Of a DNA stretch of 57,168 nucleotides, positions 56,716-57,168 are shown piece after piece. Source of the DNA: Girardia tigrina. Its lineage: Eukaryota. The first letter of the stretch is position 1, and every line of letters starts with the position of its first letter. Location: NCBI GenBank assembly GCA_001938485.1, contig MQRK01246564.1, positions 3,603 through 60,770 on the forward strand, given 5' to 3'. The notes under the pieces are model-generated. The model saw only the letters and a program-made list of their open reading frames with translations, was not told the DNA's origin and did not search any database. A program made the position numbers and the translations under genes.

Positions 56716-57168
56716 TGAAATACTGATTGATTACTTATCGTTATAATTATTAGAATATTCTGTAAATAATTAAATGTGATCGGAAAACAATTTTGTGAAT
56801 TAAAAATTTTTTTGAAAAGTTATATTTGTGTATTTACATCACAATTTTTTTAGTTTGTTAAAATCTTTCTTGTTAATAAAAATCATTTTTACAAAGAGAA
56901 AAAAGGAAACAAAAATATATTTTTTATATTGTTGTGATACACAACATACTACTTATTCCCGAACACAAATGAAACATATCTTGTAGCAAAAATATTTAAT
57001 GCCTCAACGCATCTGACTTCAACTTAAGATTTTTACATATTATGTTGAGTATAGTGTTGAGTATGGTATTTAATTTTATTCTTTTATTCAATAAAAGTAT
57101 TTTATAAAATCCTTGTTTAAATTAACCCAAAGTTAAATAGAAATATTTACTTTTATTACATTAAAAAA

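Overview
AT-rich metazoan genomic scaffold with N gaps. A dugesiid planarian is the likely source, inferred from composition, 46-48 nt introns, the transposon spectrum and an rDNA fragment. Two convergent host genes are present. On + are four internal exons of a WD40-repeat gene (3625-11485; first and last exons not located). On - is a complete 5-exon mitochondrial thiamine-pyrophosphate carrier, SLC25A19 (24080-51119, about 330 aa). Introns and the intergenic space are packed with decayed mobile DNA: several mariner and Tc1/IS630 copies, three hAT pieces, Merlin, Chapaev3, a Zator-like piece, MITEs (MULE, piggyBac, Tigger-like, Helentron-like), Gypsy, RTE and Penelope fragments. Less ordinary signals: (i) Penelope-type minimal hammerhead ribozymes, one apparently intact; (ii) an IS630/Tc1 element capped by an inverted copy of its own 5' end; (iii) a TIR-less mariner core pasted into a Gypsy pol at a microhomology; (iv) several orphan 5' fragments of host-like genes, one inside a hAT; (v) an 18S/ITS1 orphon interrupted by a retroelement; (vi) a hairpin repeat-spacer array and a G-U-rich structured RNA candidate; (vii) several long fold-back palindromes. 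My inference is that (ii), (iii), (iv), (v) and (vii) together reflect very active templated-insertion DNA repair. No CRISPR, TnpB/Fanzor or clear viral gene was found. Family assignments come from motif recognition, not database searches.
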